DNA from: Octopus sinensis
Taxonomy: Eukaryota
Direction: 5' to 3'
DNA: 32,030 bases
Assembly (NCBI RefSeq): GCF_006345805.1
Contig: NW_021837001.1
Span: forward strand, 1-32,030
Position 1 is the first letter of the stretch. Each line of letters opens with the position of its first letter. Below the pieces are notes generated by a model that was not told where the DNA came from, made no database searches, and saw only the letters and a list, made by a program, of their open reading frames with translations. A program made the position numbers and the translations under genes. Of this stretch, positions 1-9,759 are shown in pieces.

Positions 1-37
1 AAGTAATATATACGAAGGTTATCAACAAAATTGTATA

Positions 38-1285
38 TAAACTTAGATAAACTTAGATATGTTTCGACCAAAGATTGGCCAGGCCATGTCTAACTTAATA
101 GCACCACCTGATAGGATTATTCGAATCCTGTTTAAGTCAAGTTTTGTTTAAGTCAAATTTTGTTCAAGTAGTGAGTTCTTGTTGGGTGAGTTGTATCCAA
201 TTATGGGAGGCTTATCTGGATTCTTTGAAGGAATTGATCCAGACTATGTTTAAAGTTGATGGGATCCTTTTCCTCTTTGATCCCCTCGGGACAATGTTTA
301 AATAGGGCAGGGCCTGTTGAGGAAAAAGAAATTATGTTGCAGTGTACATGTATGTTGTGATCTCGAATTGGGCAGGGGACGTATAGCCCGTGGTCCAAGT
401 TCTTGGATGAACCTTGAAGCTAATGTTTAGGTCGTTTGGGCAAAGTTGGCGGTATATTTTCCACATCGTACAAATGATGTACCGCTCACGGTGACGCTGG
501 AGGGAGTAAAGTTTCAAGGCTTTAAGGCGATACAATAATCGAGAGCAGCCATCCTTCAATTTGTTTAGTGAGTGCCCTCTGGGGTGGACTCAATTCTTGG
601 AGATGTTTTGTCTTGTGTGAGGAGACCACAGTGGGCAAGTATTCAAGGTGTGGCCGTACAAAGGAGGAAAAAAAGTGGTATGATGACACCTTGTTCTCTG
701 GACCGGAAAGTTTTAAGATCCAGGAAATCATCCTACGAGCTATATCGACCTTCTTGTTGATGTGTGCACTGCAACTGAGATCGTCATCAACAATTACACC
801 CAGGTCTCTGATATTGTTAGAGGCTGTGAGCGGTTCCCTGAAGGAAGAGAGTATGGTTGTTTTAGTGAGGAATTTCTTCCAAAATGTATCAGCTCAAATT
901 TTCCCTCATTCAGTTGCATTTGTTTCTGTCTGCCCATTGACTCACAGCATATAGATCAGACTGGAGTTGAGTTCGGTCTGCTTCTTTATTGACGATTTGC
1001 TGGAGCTTAGTGTCATCAGCAAATATTTTCACTTTGCAGTAATGTACGACATGGAAAGGTCGTTTACGTAAATTATGAAGAGTAGCGGACCCAAAACAGT
1101 TCCCTGGGGAACACCGCTGGTGACTTTTGCTGGGTTTGAGTGGACTCCATCAACTACAACATGTTGTGTTCTATTCGCCAGGAAATACTTAATCCAGTGT
1201 AGTACTTTTCCACGGATTCCAACATTTAGGATGTTATGGTCTACCCTGTCGAACGCTTTACTGAAGTCAAGATATATGACGTCAG
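38..1285 (-). mobile_element. 5'-truncated, frameshifted CR1-type LINE (RT C-terminal half plus 3' end)
   Basis: Minus strand reads VIYLDFSKAFDRVDH...VTSGVPQGTVLGPLLFIIYVND, then (frameshift) KIFADDTKLQQ, FVRPHLEY, RLKALKLYSLQRHRERY, SFSSTGPALF...FKHSLDQFL. Ends in a short tandem tail (TATCTAAGTT x2, ~38-60). Confidence 0.92.
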
Positions 1286-1312
1286 AGTTATATATGTATA
1301 TATATATATATA

Positions 1313-2074
1313 ACTGAAGAATGAAGGCTCTGAATTACTGTCCGTTTTTCCGTGTTTGTCAATTCGTGAATTTCACGTTCTTTATATATAAGTTTTATTC
1401 TATATTATCGCAGCGTACGTGCACCAATCCATTTATGTTTGTCATATCTCCACTATTGCACGATGTCTTCAACTTTAAACCTCCCCTTTATCATCCGCCA
1501 TTGCTTCTTCCTCAAGGTATTTTGGCGCTTCTTTACCAAGTTATTTTGGCGCCCCTTCCTCTTACCCTCTTTAATTCTTTCTTTCTCTCTCTCTCTTGGT
1601 CATTTCTCGGCCATCCTCAATCCCCCCTCTCTCTTTATCTCTCACCTTCTTGCAACCTGCTGCTGCTAAGCCATTCCACTGCTGACAGCCGCCTGTACAA
1701 CACATGTGTCCTCTACCGAAAAGGTAACCGCTTCCCACGCTTGCTGATCAATTGCTTTGTCTCATTTTGTCTCAAAGTCGTAAGACGCCCCCGTATCATT
1801 CCTGTTTTTATTCGTTACTGTTTCCAATTTTATCTTCGTCTCTTGTTTTCTTATTCGTCTTGGTTGTCACATTATTTCCTTCTACCAAGCAAATCTAATG
1901 CCCATAGCTTAGCTTTTCCTTGGGGCTGGCCTTTTCGGAGCAAATCTCAGAATTAAACAGCCGAAATTTGCGATGATGAATCGGTTTCTGACTGAAGAAT
2001 GAAGGCTCTGAATTACTGTCCGTTTTCCGTGTTTGTCAATTCGTGAATTTCACGTCTTTATATATAAGTTTTAT

Positions 2075-2075
<1 letters not shown>
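1313..2075 (+). mobile_element. Short element bounded by ~86-bp direct repeats (PLE pseudo-LTR-like), between (TA)n tracts
   Basis: 1313-1399 and 1991-2075 are identical except two 1-bp indels. The repeat starts ACTGAAGA and abuts (TA)n. A homologous segment lies on the minus strand at ~27250-27415. Confidence 0.6.
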
Positions 2076-2105
<30 letters not shown>

Positions 2106-2233
2106 TATAATATATTATATATATATATATATATATTATATACATATATAAATATATGCATGTATATACCTCTTATATATATATATATATATATATATTA
2201 TGAATATATATGTATATATAAACATATAAATTG

Positions 2234-2303
<70 letters not shown>
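2076..2303. repeat. (TA)n microsatellite
   Basis: Direct reading. Confidence 0.97.
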
Positions 2304-2309
<6 letters not shown>

Positions 2310-2408
2310 TGAGGGAGATAAATTAATCTTAATTTCAATATCAATTTAAAAACCAGTAGTCCAGCATACAAAAAATCTGAGAAATCAGAGAAAATTCTAA
2401 TATATGTG

Positions 2409-2540
2409 TATATTGGCCGGGCAAGACTGCTAGGTAGTCGGCCGTATGCTAGAAATAGATCATCAACGATTTACTACGGTCGTTGATAATCTATTTCTAG
2501 CATACGGCCGACTACCTAGCAGTCTTGCCCTGCCAATATA
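2409..2540. repeat. 132-bp near-perfect palindrome
   Basis: 61-bp arms (2409-2469, 2480-2540) with 2 mismatches and a 10-nt loop. Confidence 0.95.
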
Positions 2541-2695
2541 CATATATATACATATATATGTATATATATACATATATATACATATATATGTATATATACA
2601 TAGATATATGTATATATCTATGTATATATACATAGATATATGTATATATCTATGTATATATACATAGATATATGAATATCTATGTATATATACAT
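2541..2695. repeat. Compound (TA)/(TATG)/(TAGA) microsatellite
   Basis: Direct reading. Confidence 0.9.
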
Positions 2696-2957
2696 CAGCT
2701 GTTTTTACACGTGTCGTTTGCACAATTTAAAATAAAATCATAAAGATAATCAATTTTGTTGATAACCTTCGTATAATATTACTTAATATATCCAAATAAT
2801 AAATAATTCAAAAGAATATGCGATCGGATTACCAGTCGAAGAGCAGAAATATTTTTAAACTCGGAGTACTGAAATCTGTGTGGCATTCAATTTCAGTGGA
2901 CTAAAAAATATTCTACATAACTTCTACATACATACATATATACATAGATACATATCT

Positions 2958-3007
<50 letters not shown>

Positions 3008-3102
3008 ATAAGGGTAGAAATTGATATTAATCAATTAAAACCATTGGCCTAGCATATTTTTAAAATATCCGAAGATTAAAAATTTTATACATACAAAATT
3101 TA

Positions 3103-3279
3103 GAGGAATGATCACAAATAGTGGACAGCCTGTATGCTAGAAATAGAAGTCAAACTCGCCATTTACCACGAAGAATGTGTTCTCAAGAACACATTATTCT
3201 TGGGAACATCTTCGTGGTAAATGGCGAGTTGACGTCTGTTTCTAGCATTAAGGCAGTCCACGATTAGTGGTCATTCCTC
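3103..3279. repeat. ~177-bp imperfect palindrome
   Basis: GAGGAATG...CATTCCTC arms, roughly 85% complementary. Shares GTATGCTAGAAATAGA with the 2409 palindrome. Confidence 0.92.
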
Positions 3280-3344
3280 ATAATTAATATATGTTATTAA
3301 TATATATTATATATATAATATATATATTATATTATATATATATT

Positions 3345-3499
3345 CGACTAGCTTCTTTCAGTTTTCTGCTTACCAAATTCAGCCACAAGACTCGGGCACG
3401 TTCAAGGCTATAGTTGAAGACACTCACCCAAGGTGCCAAGCAGTGGAACTGAACTCGCAAACATGTGGTTGGGAAGCAAGCTTATTACCACACAGCCAC
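3345..3499 (-). mobile_element. tRNA-derived SINE, family A, 5' part
   Basis: Minus strand GTGGCTGTGTGGTAA (A-box), GAGTTCAGTTCC (B-box-like), then CCTTGGGTGAGTGTCTTC (CORE-like) and GAAAACTGAAAGAAGC. Confidence 0.85.
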
Positions 3500-3691
3500 A
3501 AAAAATACTTTAACGATTTGATACGGAGATGAAAGAACATTTAATTACAACTATTAAATAGCAACATAGTCGTGTTTTCAATATGAATTGCTTAAAAGAA
3601 AATCTTGTCTTCATACATATGTGACGTGTTGTGTTTGCACATGACATGGAATCACCATCTCTCTTACACCCACTTTCCCTCACTCATTATT

Positions 3692-3692
<1 letters not shown>

Positions 3693-3770
<78 letters not shown>

Positions 3771-3783
3771 ACTAACTATTTAC

Positions 3784-3849
<66 letters not shown>

Positions 3850-4042
3850 CCCGCTCTCTCTCTCTCTCTGTCCCTGTATATATAAATATATATATATATA
3901 TATATACGCATATATGTGTGTGTATGTATATACATCTATATATGTATATACATATATATATAAACATATTTATATATATATGCCCACATATATATACATA
4001 TGTATATATAAATATATTCATAAACTTATATATACATATATA

Positions 4043-4084
<42 letters not shown>

Positions 4085-4103
4085 ATATATATATATATAT
4101 ATA

Positions 4104-4144
<41 letters not shown>

Positions 4145-4160
4145 AATATATATATATATT
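3693..4160. repeat. (CTAT)n, (CT)n and (TA)n compound microsatellite
   Basis: Direct reading. Confidence 0.95.
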
Positions 4161-4419
4161 TATGTATGTTTCTATATGTAATATAAATGCGTACATAGTT
4201 ATGTATGTATCTATGGCCGTAATGTATGTATGTACGTATGTAAGTATGTGTGCAATAAGAGTGTGCTGTTTTGATTCTCGTTCTTTATAACTACATGTCA
4301 TCAGAATCAATCTTCAGTTAGCTGTTTGAAATTTAATTTTCTCTAACATTAATTCCAAATAAATCCTCTTTTATTGGTACTAACCAAAAATGAATAAGTA
4401 AAAATCCCATCAATCTAGA

Positions 4420-4435
4420 AGTAGTAGTTGTTGTT

Positions 4436-4498
<63 letters not shown>

Positions 4499-4501
4499 GT
4501 A

Positions 4502-4547
<46 letters not shown>
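4420..4547. repeat. (GTA)n(ATA)n microsatellite
   Basis: Direct reading. Confidence 0.95.
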
Positions 4548-5191
4548 ATTGAAATCCCCTGACGAAATATACTATAGACAATATACATAATAAATATAAT
4601 TATAACTATACTTAACTTAAGCCATCTATTTAGCAAAAAGAGCAAGCGAAAAATTCTGGTTATTTTAAAAATCTCTTTCAACTTCATCCTAAAATCAAAC
4701 TCTCAAACAAGTCAGTGAGAAAAGAATAACAAAAAGGAAAAAAACAAAAAGAAAGAAAGCGAATGAACCACCACCGTCAACACATCCACCGCCTCTAGAA
4801 GCAACTGCTGCAGCAAACGCTACGACGGTAATTATTAACAGTGACACGAACAAAAGAAAATGGAATTGCGACGTCGACAGCATAAACCATAACAATGAAA
4901 ACAGAACGAATGAAAGAGCAACGTCGACATCATCGGGATTAGGACCGTCAGCATTAACAAGAATAACAACAACAACAACAACATCAACAGTAACAACAAC
5001 AAAAGGAACAACAACAAAAGGAAGAATATTATTAGCATTTATCCACGTTGATAAAATTATCAACGGTTTCACCGAAGCAATAAATTATATTTCTCTCTCT
5101 CATACACACACACTCTCTCTCTCTCTCTCTCTCTCACACCACACACACACACACACGCACACACACACTCTCTCTCTCTGTATTCTATTAT

Positions 5192-5450
5192 TCTTTTATT
5201 CTTTTACTTGATTCAGTCATGTGACTGTGTCCATGCTGGAGCACCGCCTTTAGTCGAACAAATCAATCTCAGAACTTATTCTTTGTAAGCCTACTACTTA
5301 TTCTGTCGTCTCTCTTCGCGAACCGCTGAGTTGAGTTACGGGGACGTGACCACACCAACATCGGTTGTCAAGTGATGGAGAGGGAACAAACATAAACACA
5401 CAAATGCACACACACGCGCTCGTCCGCACACACACACACACACATCCACA

Positions 5451-5510
<60 letters not shown>

Positions 5511-5595
5511 CGATGGGTTTCTTTCAGCTTCCGTTTACCAAATCCACTCACAAGGCTTTGGTCGAACCGAGGCTATAATACAAGATACTTGGCCC
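5192..5595 (-). mobile_element. SINE family A, body and 3' end with internal CA/TA tract (tRNA head missing)
   Basis: Matches 3345-3430 at its right end and 20815-20955 at its left end (TTCAGTCA..TGACTG..GCCATGCTGGAGCAC). Confidence 0.85.
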
Positions 5596-5603
5596 GGTAT
5601 ATA

Positions 5604-5655
<52 letters not shown>

Positions 5656-5656
<1 letters not shown>

Positions 5657-5761
5657 ATGAAAGAGAGTCGAAAGAAGATGTTACCACAATTCCTTTACTC
5701 TCGAAACATGTGTCGAGAGTAGGAATTTTGTTAACATCTTCTTCGACTCCATTCTTTCATT
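5656..5761. repeat. ~106-bp palindrome adjoining (TA)n
   Basis: AATGAAAGAGAGTCGAAAGAAGATGTT...TACTCTCGA pairs with TCGAGAGTAGG...AACATCTTCTTCGACTCCATTCTTTCATT; centred on ACATGT. Confidence 0.9.
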
Positions 5762-5944
5762 TATTCATATATATAAAAAAACACACAAAGTTCCACACAA
5801 GAATCCGGAGTTTGTTTCTACTACCCTTGACACGTTGCTTCAACCGTGTTCTCTGACGTGAATTTGCTACCCAGGTAATCGGTTAAAAGAATTTTCCATG
5901 CTAGGATAATTCATTCACCTATTTAAATATATATATATATATAT

Positions 5945-6004
5945 ATGGCGGTGCCCCAGCATGGCCACAGCTCATGAGCTGAAACTAGAATCAATCAATC
6001 AATC
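5945..6004 (+). mobile_element. 3' end of a family-A-related SINE with (TCAA)n tail
   Basis: GGCGGTGCCCCAGCATGGCCACAG...CTGAAACTAGAATCAATCAATC resembles the reverse complement of the family A terminus. Confidence 0.65.
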
Positions 6005-6150
6005 ATATATATATATATATATAAATATATATATATAGATATATATGATATACATGCATTATATATGTGTATATAGTTCCATACAAATGCGTATTGTATT
6101 TATGTATACATATATATAAGTATTGTGTGTGTGCGCATGTGCGTGTATAT

Positions 6151-6560
6151 AAAATTTACAGACAAAAAAGACGAAGACAAGTTTAGGAATCACAAGCAGG
6201 TGTGTTAGTTTAACGTTCGGGAAACATGGAAAAGTCTTTTACGTTTCGAGCCTACAGTCTTTGAGAGAAAGAATTAAGGTGGGGGTGGAAATGGAGAGAG
6301 AATGAAAAAACCGAGAGAGGAAAAAATGTGCAGAGTTCAACGGTTCCAACATACCAAGATGACGCGAAAAGAGAGGGTGAATGAAAGGGAGACAATAATA
6401 ATGATAATGGTAAAAGTAATGTTGACCCAAACTAAGGTGCGCAAGAGTGTATGTGTATGTGAGAATGGTGTCTGTGAGTGTTTGTCTGAATGGGGCGAGT
6501 GAGTCTCATGTTGTTCGAGAAAGATAGTTCATATTCCACGTACTCGTGCTTCGTATTGAT
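6151..6560 (-). mobile_element. PLE-like 3' end with degenerate hammerhead-like motif
   Basis: Minus strand ...GTAGGCTCGAAACGTAAAAG...CGTTAAACTAA...GTCTTCGTCTTTTTTGTCTGTAAATTTT into a TA/TG tract; homologous to 29228-29346. Extent beyond ~6270 is uncertain. Confidence 0.5.
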
Positions 6561-6662
6561 TTGTTGTAAACATTTCATGACGCCCTGCACCCACATATGC
6601 ATATATATATATATTATTTATATTATTATATGATTGAACGTCACGCATCTTCCAAGTAAGCT

Positions 6663-6700
<38 letters not shown>

Positions 6701-6793
6701 TGCTTGGAGATACATGGCATGCTATAGAAATATGCCAATTTAATGTCTCTTAAAGCATAAAACTGTTAGTTCGAGTTCGATTCCAGGCAGTGA

Positions 6794-6880
<87 letters not shown>

Positions 6881-6882
<2 letters not shown>

Positions 6883-7220
6883 GTGGCATCTCAAGGCGGT
6901 TACAATACCAGTGATCGTAGGAGCACTAGGAATGATCAAGAAGGGAACCGAAAATTATATGAGAATGATCCCTGGCTTACCACCCCTGCAAGAAGTGCAA
7001 AAGATTGTCTTAACTGGTACATCACACGTATTGAGAAGAGCATTGTCGATGTGAGAACTGTTGCTTCTCATGTATTTTAATTTAAATAAAAAAAAAAAAA
7101 ATGAACGAACTATTGAGTTTGGTTTAATGGCCTACCAATGTATACTATGAGTTTCTTTGCCCTAGGAGTCGGGAAGACACTCGGCAAGAAATGGAAGCAA
7201 ATTTGAAAGAAGAAAAAAAA

Positions 7221-7221
<1 letters not shown>
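6881..7221 (+). mobile_element. 5'-truncated R4/Dong-clade non-LTR retrotransposon (C-terminus of restriction-like endonuclease region plus 3' UTR)
   Basis: 6881-7054 translates MWHLKAVTIPVIVGALGMIKKGTENYMRMIPGLPPLQEVQKIVLTGTSHVLRRALSM* (57 aa, below the ORF-track cutoff); the W..K...IPVIVGALG...IPG...QK..L.GT..LRR pattern is typical of R4/Dong/Rex6. Flanked by (AAT)n on both sides. Confidence 0.85.
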
Positions 7222-7268
<47 letters not shown>

Positions 7269-7276
7269 CAATAATA

Positions 7277-7815
7277 AGGCAGTAGCGGCTCAAGTGGCTT
7301 CTGATCTTTAACTGATTGGAAGTGTTATCATGTACATTGTTTTGTCTTGGTATAAAAGATGGGCTACAGCAATATTCTGCTCAATACCACAGATTTGCTT
7401 GTCAGTTGTTTGACCTTAACCAGTTGAGCATGTCCCTTAGTGCTGAAGATATGTGCATCTCTGATCACGAGCATGTGTGGGGGAGCATCATAGCCATGTG
7501 TTGAGAGGGATTCTTTGGGGTTTGAATAGTTCACCTCTGGAAACATGGATGGTTCTTTCAACAATCCTTAAACAACCCTATTTAGGGACCGTTTGAGCGG
7601 GATGGGCTACTCAACCTGAAGAAAATTCTAACTGGGCCCCACCTGCAAGGTCATGTGCTGTTTTATCTTGATATGAGATCACCATGTCGCGCACATATGG
7701 TTGTGATGCATGTGCCTGGTGTACCTTTATCAGACGGGTAGTCATGATGGGTATATTGGGCTTCGTATATTTTACCCCAGTGTTCACTTTGATGGCATGA
7801 ACTGCTCTCTCACTC
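7277..7815 (+). mobile_element. Non-coding repeat flanked by (AAT)n; probable 3' UTR of another AAT-targeting retroelement
   Basis: Complex sequence bounded by (AAT)n on both sides, ending CTCTCACTC(AAT)n. No protein motif found. Confidence 0.5.
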
Positions 7816-7939
7816 AATAATTATATAATAATAATAAATAATAATAATAATAATAAATATATAATAACAACAACAACAACACCCCAACAACATCGAAAAA
7901 TACCTTAGGAATGGGAACTCAGGTTAGAAATTTCTCCAA

Positions 7940-7985
7940 GGCAACTGATGAAGGCTGGAAGGTATATCGGCCGAAACGTTATGTT
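7940..7985 (+). ncRNA. Minimal type I hammerhead ribozyme motif
   Basis: CTGATGA (7945-7951), A, stem II GGCTG/CGGCC, GAAAC (7973-7977), GTT. Stem I is weakened (GGCAA/ATGTT, first pair mismatched). Confidence 0.7.
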
Positions 7986-8841
7986 AACAACAAACAAGAT
8001 GAGGACAAAAATCCGTCAAATGTAAATAGTGTAAATAATGTGCATAATCGTCATATCTTAAATATAGAGCAATTTTCTTTATATAGATCCAGGAAGAATA
8101 AAAGGCAACATTAACCACGGCAGGTTTTGAGATCAGATCACCGAGAGCCGGACCACATAACACGGGTCTTTCTCTCCTATTTTCTAATACTGTATAGGTT
8201 ATATACTTCTGCATCACCATAAATTATATTTGATGGTAAAATCGATTCAATCACCCTTGCGCTTTATTTGAACCCACAATGTAGTGTTACGTAACAATAT
8301 ACTGTATGGCAAATATTTCTTCTGACACTCTGCCAAAATAATTATGCAAAAAAGAGAAAAATACTCCCAGAAGATATCTCTGATCTCTTGTAACATAATT
8401 TCATGAAAATTTGCGTAATATTATAAAAAACAAAATGGCTGATTGCTATCTTTTCATCAGCCATGAAAAATGATCGAAATTTCTGAGGAAAAAAATGAAA
8501 TTTTATAAGCTTTTGACACTATAACCGATCTGTTTTACTCAATTCACTTGTTCGTTTTGTTTTTACATTTCTACTTCGATAACAGTTAATTTCAAGTACA
8601 TTTGCATTGGCTGCAGACATAAATGGCTCAATTAATGAAAATAATTCAATAAATTAAACAAATATATCCAGAAAAGAAAAAGAAAATCGCTGGATGAGAA
8701 TGGAGGACGTTGGTGGGAGAAGACAAAATGAAGCGAATGTAGCAACAGAAATGGCGACGATATGAATCTGTAGCGTCGATTGCCATCGACAAATTTCCTT
8801 TGCTATCATTATTTTCGTTTTTATTATCTCAATTAATAAAT

Positions 8842-8971
8842 ATGGCGGTGGATGACAAAACCGGTTGAGTGACTGACGGAATACTTTATGATAATTAGTT
8901 GCGTTCTGTATTCAAATTCCGTCGTGTTTGACTTTACCTTTCACTAATTCGGGCGCAAGAAAATAAACCAG
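8842..8971 (+). mobile_element. Old, diverged family B SINE
   Basis: GCGTTCTGTATTCAAATTCCGTCGTGTTTGACTTTACCTTTCAC...AAACCAG aligns to the family B body. Confidence 0.6.
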
Positions 8972-8993
8972 CGTTGTTATACTTACAAGGGAA

Positions 8994-9115
8994 GGAGCGT
9001 AGCCTAGTGGTTTAGGGTGATGCATGTAGGATCATGGGTTTGATTTTTGGACCGAGCAGTGCGCTTTGCTCTTGAGCAAAATACTTCATTCTGCGTTGTT
9101 CCAGCCCACGCACTC
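8994..9115 (+). mobile_element. tRNA-derived SINE, family C (V-SINE-like), 5' part
   Basis: TAGCCTAGTGG A-box, GGTTTGATT B-box-like, TTGAGCAAAATACTTCATT...GTTCCAG. Related to 19031-19182. Confidence 0.6.
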
Positions 9116-9759
9116 ATCAGGGTGAACGTCCTGATCTTGGTCACTTATACGCCATGGAAACTGACCGGACTCCCTGACTTATGTAATTTAGGAATCGAAA
9201 CAGCAATGTTGAGAGTTTACCTTTTTTTTTATTTTTACCATGCCCTTACATAAGTCCTTCTATCTCTATGAGGTATACAAGGCCATCGACAACTTTTCCT
9301 GTTGGTTTTGAATAGTCATCGTCTATAACTATGCTTTTTTATACGTAGAGGTGTTTCCTATACGCAAACCCATGTTTACCCCTGGAAAGAGTTAGTCCAT
9401 ATTAGTACTGCCTCTATACTTTGGCCTGTTCAACATAAGAAGCCCTATCAGGAGTTCGCACTCCACTGGCATAAGTTCTCAGTGTTATTCATGAACACCA
9501 GCCATCAAGAACTGGACTTTGCGATGCACCAGTCATACTCTGGGGACGACATAATCGATTATCTCCCCTCCCCAATTTTTCTCCTTATACCCATGCTAGA
9601 AATTCAGAAAAGGCGATGGATTGACAGACTCGGTGGGGCGTTGGAAAAAATACTTTTCTGTTGTATTTCGTTACGACGCTTTTACATTCCAAAGTGAAAT
9701 GCCACGAGGGCCAAAGTTACCTTTTACCAATTCAGGATCAATAGAATGAAGCACTGGCC

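Larger units (their letters stand above)
6772..8045 (+). mobile_element. tRNA-head/hammerhead element (copy 1; A-box half missing), interrupted by insertions in its (AAT)n
   Basis: CGAGTTCGATTCCAGGCAGTGACCTG(AAT)n at 6772 and AACATCGAAAAATACCTTAGGAATG...CTGATGA...GAAAC at 7889-8045 match the contiguous copy at 31210-31510. Confidence 0.8.

Noticed and set aside
568-954. 128-aa plus-strand ORF
   Set aside because: Antisense shadow of the CR1 RT on the minus strand.
1321-1956. 211-aa ORF
   Set aside because: F/L/S-rich product of CT-rich sequence with no recognisable motif; it lies inside a repeat unit.
7911-8114. Homologous short ORFs here and at 31098-31334 (TQVRNF..PDEGW.VY.PKR)
   Set aside because: The similarity is explained by the shared hammerhead element, and the ORFs diverge into unrelated flanks. 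A dN/dS test across many copies would be needed to revive this.
8752-8760. TGGCGACGA, a Gypsy PBS-like motif
   Set aside because: Wrong strand and position for the minus-strand Gypsy remnant, with no adjacent LTR.
9561-9582. Polypurine tract-like GGGGAGGGGAGA (minus) downstream of integrase
   Set aside because: Not followed by TG, and no matching second LTR upstream of gag.
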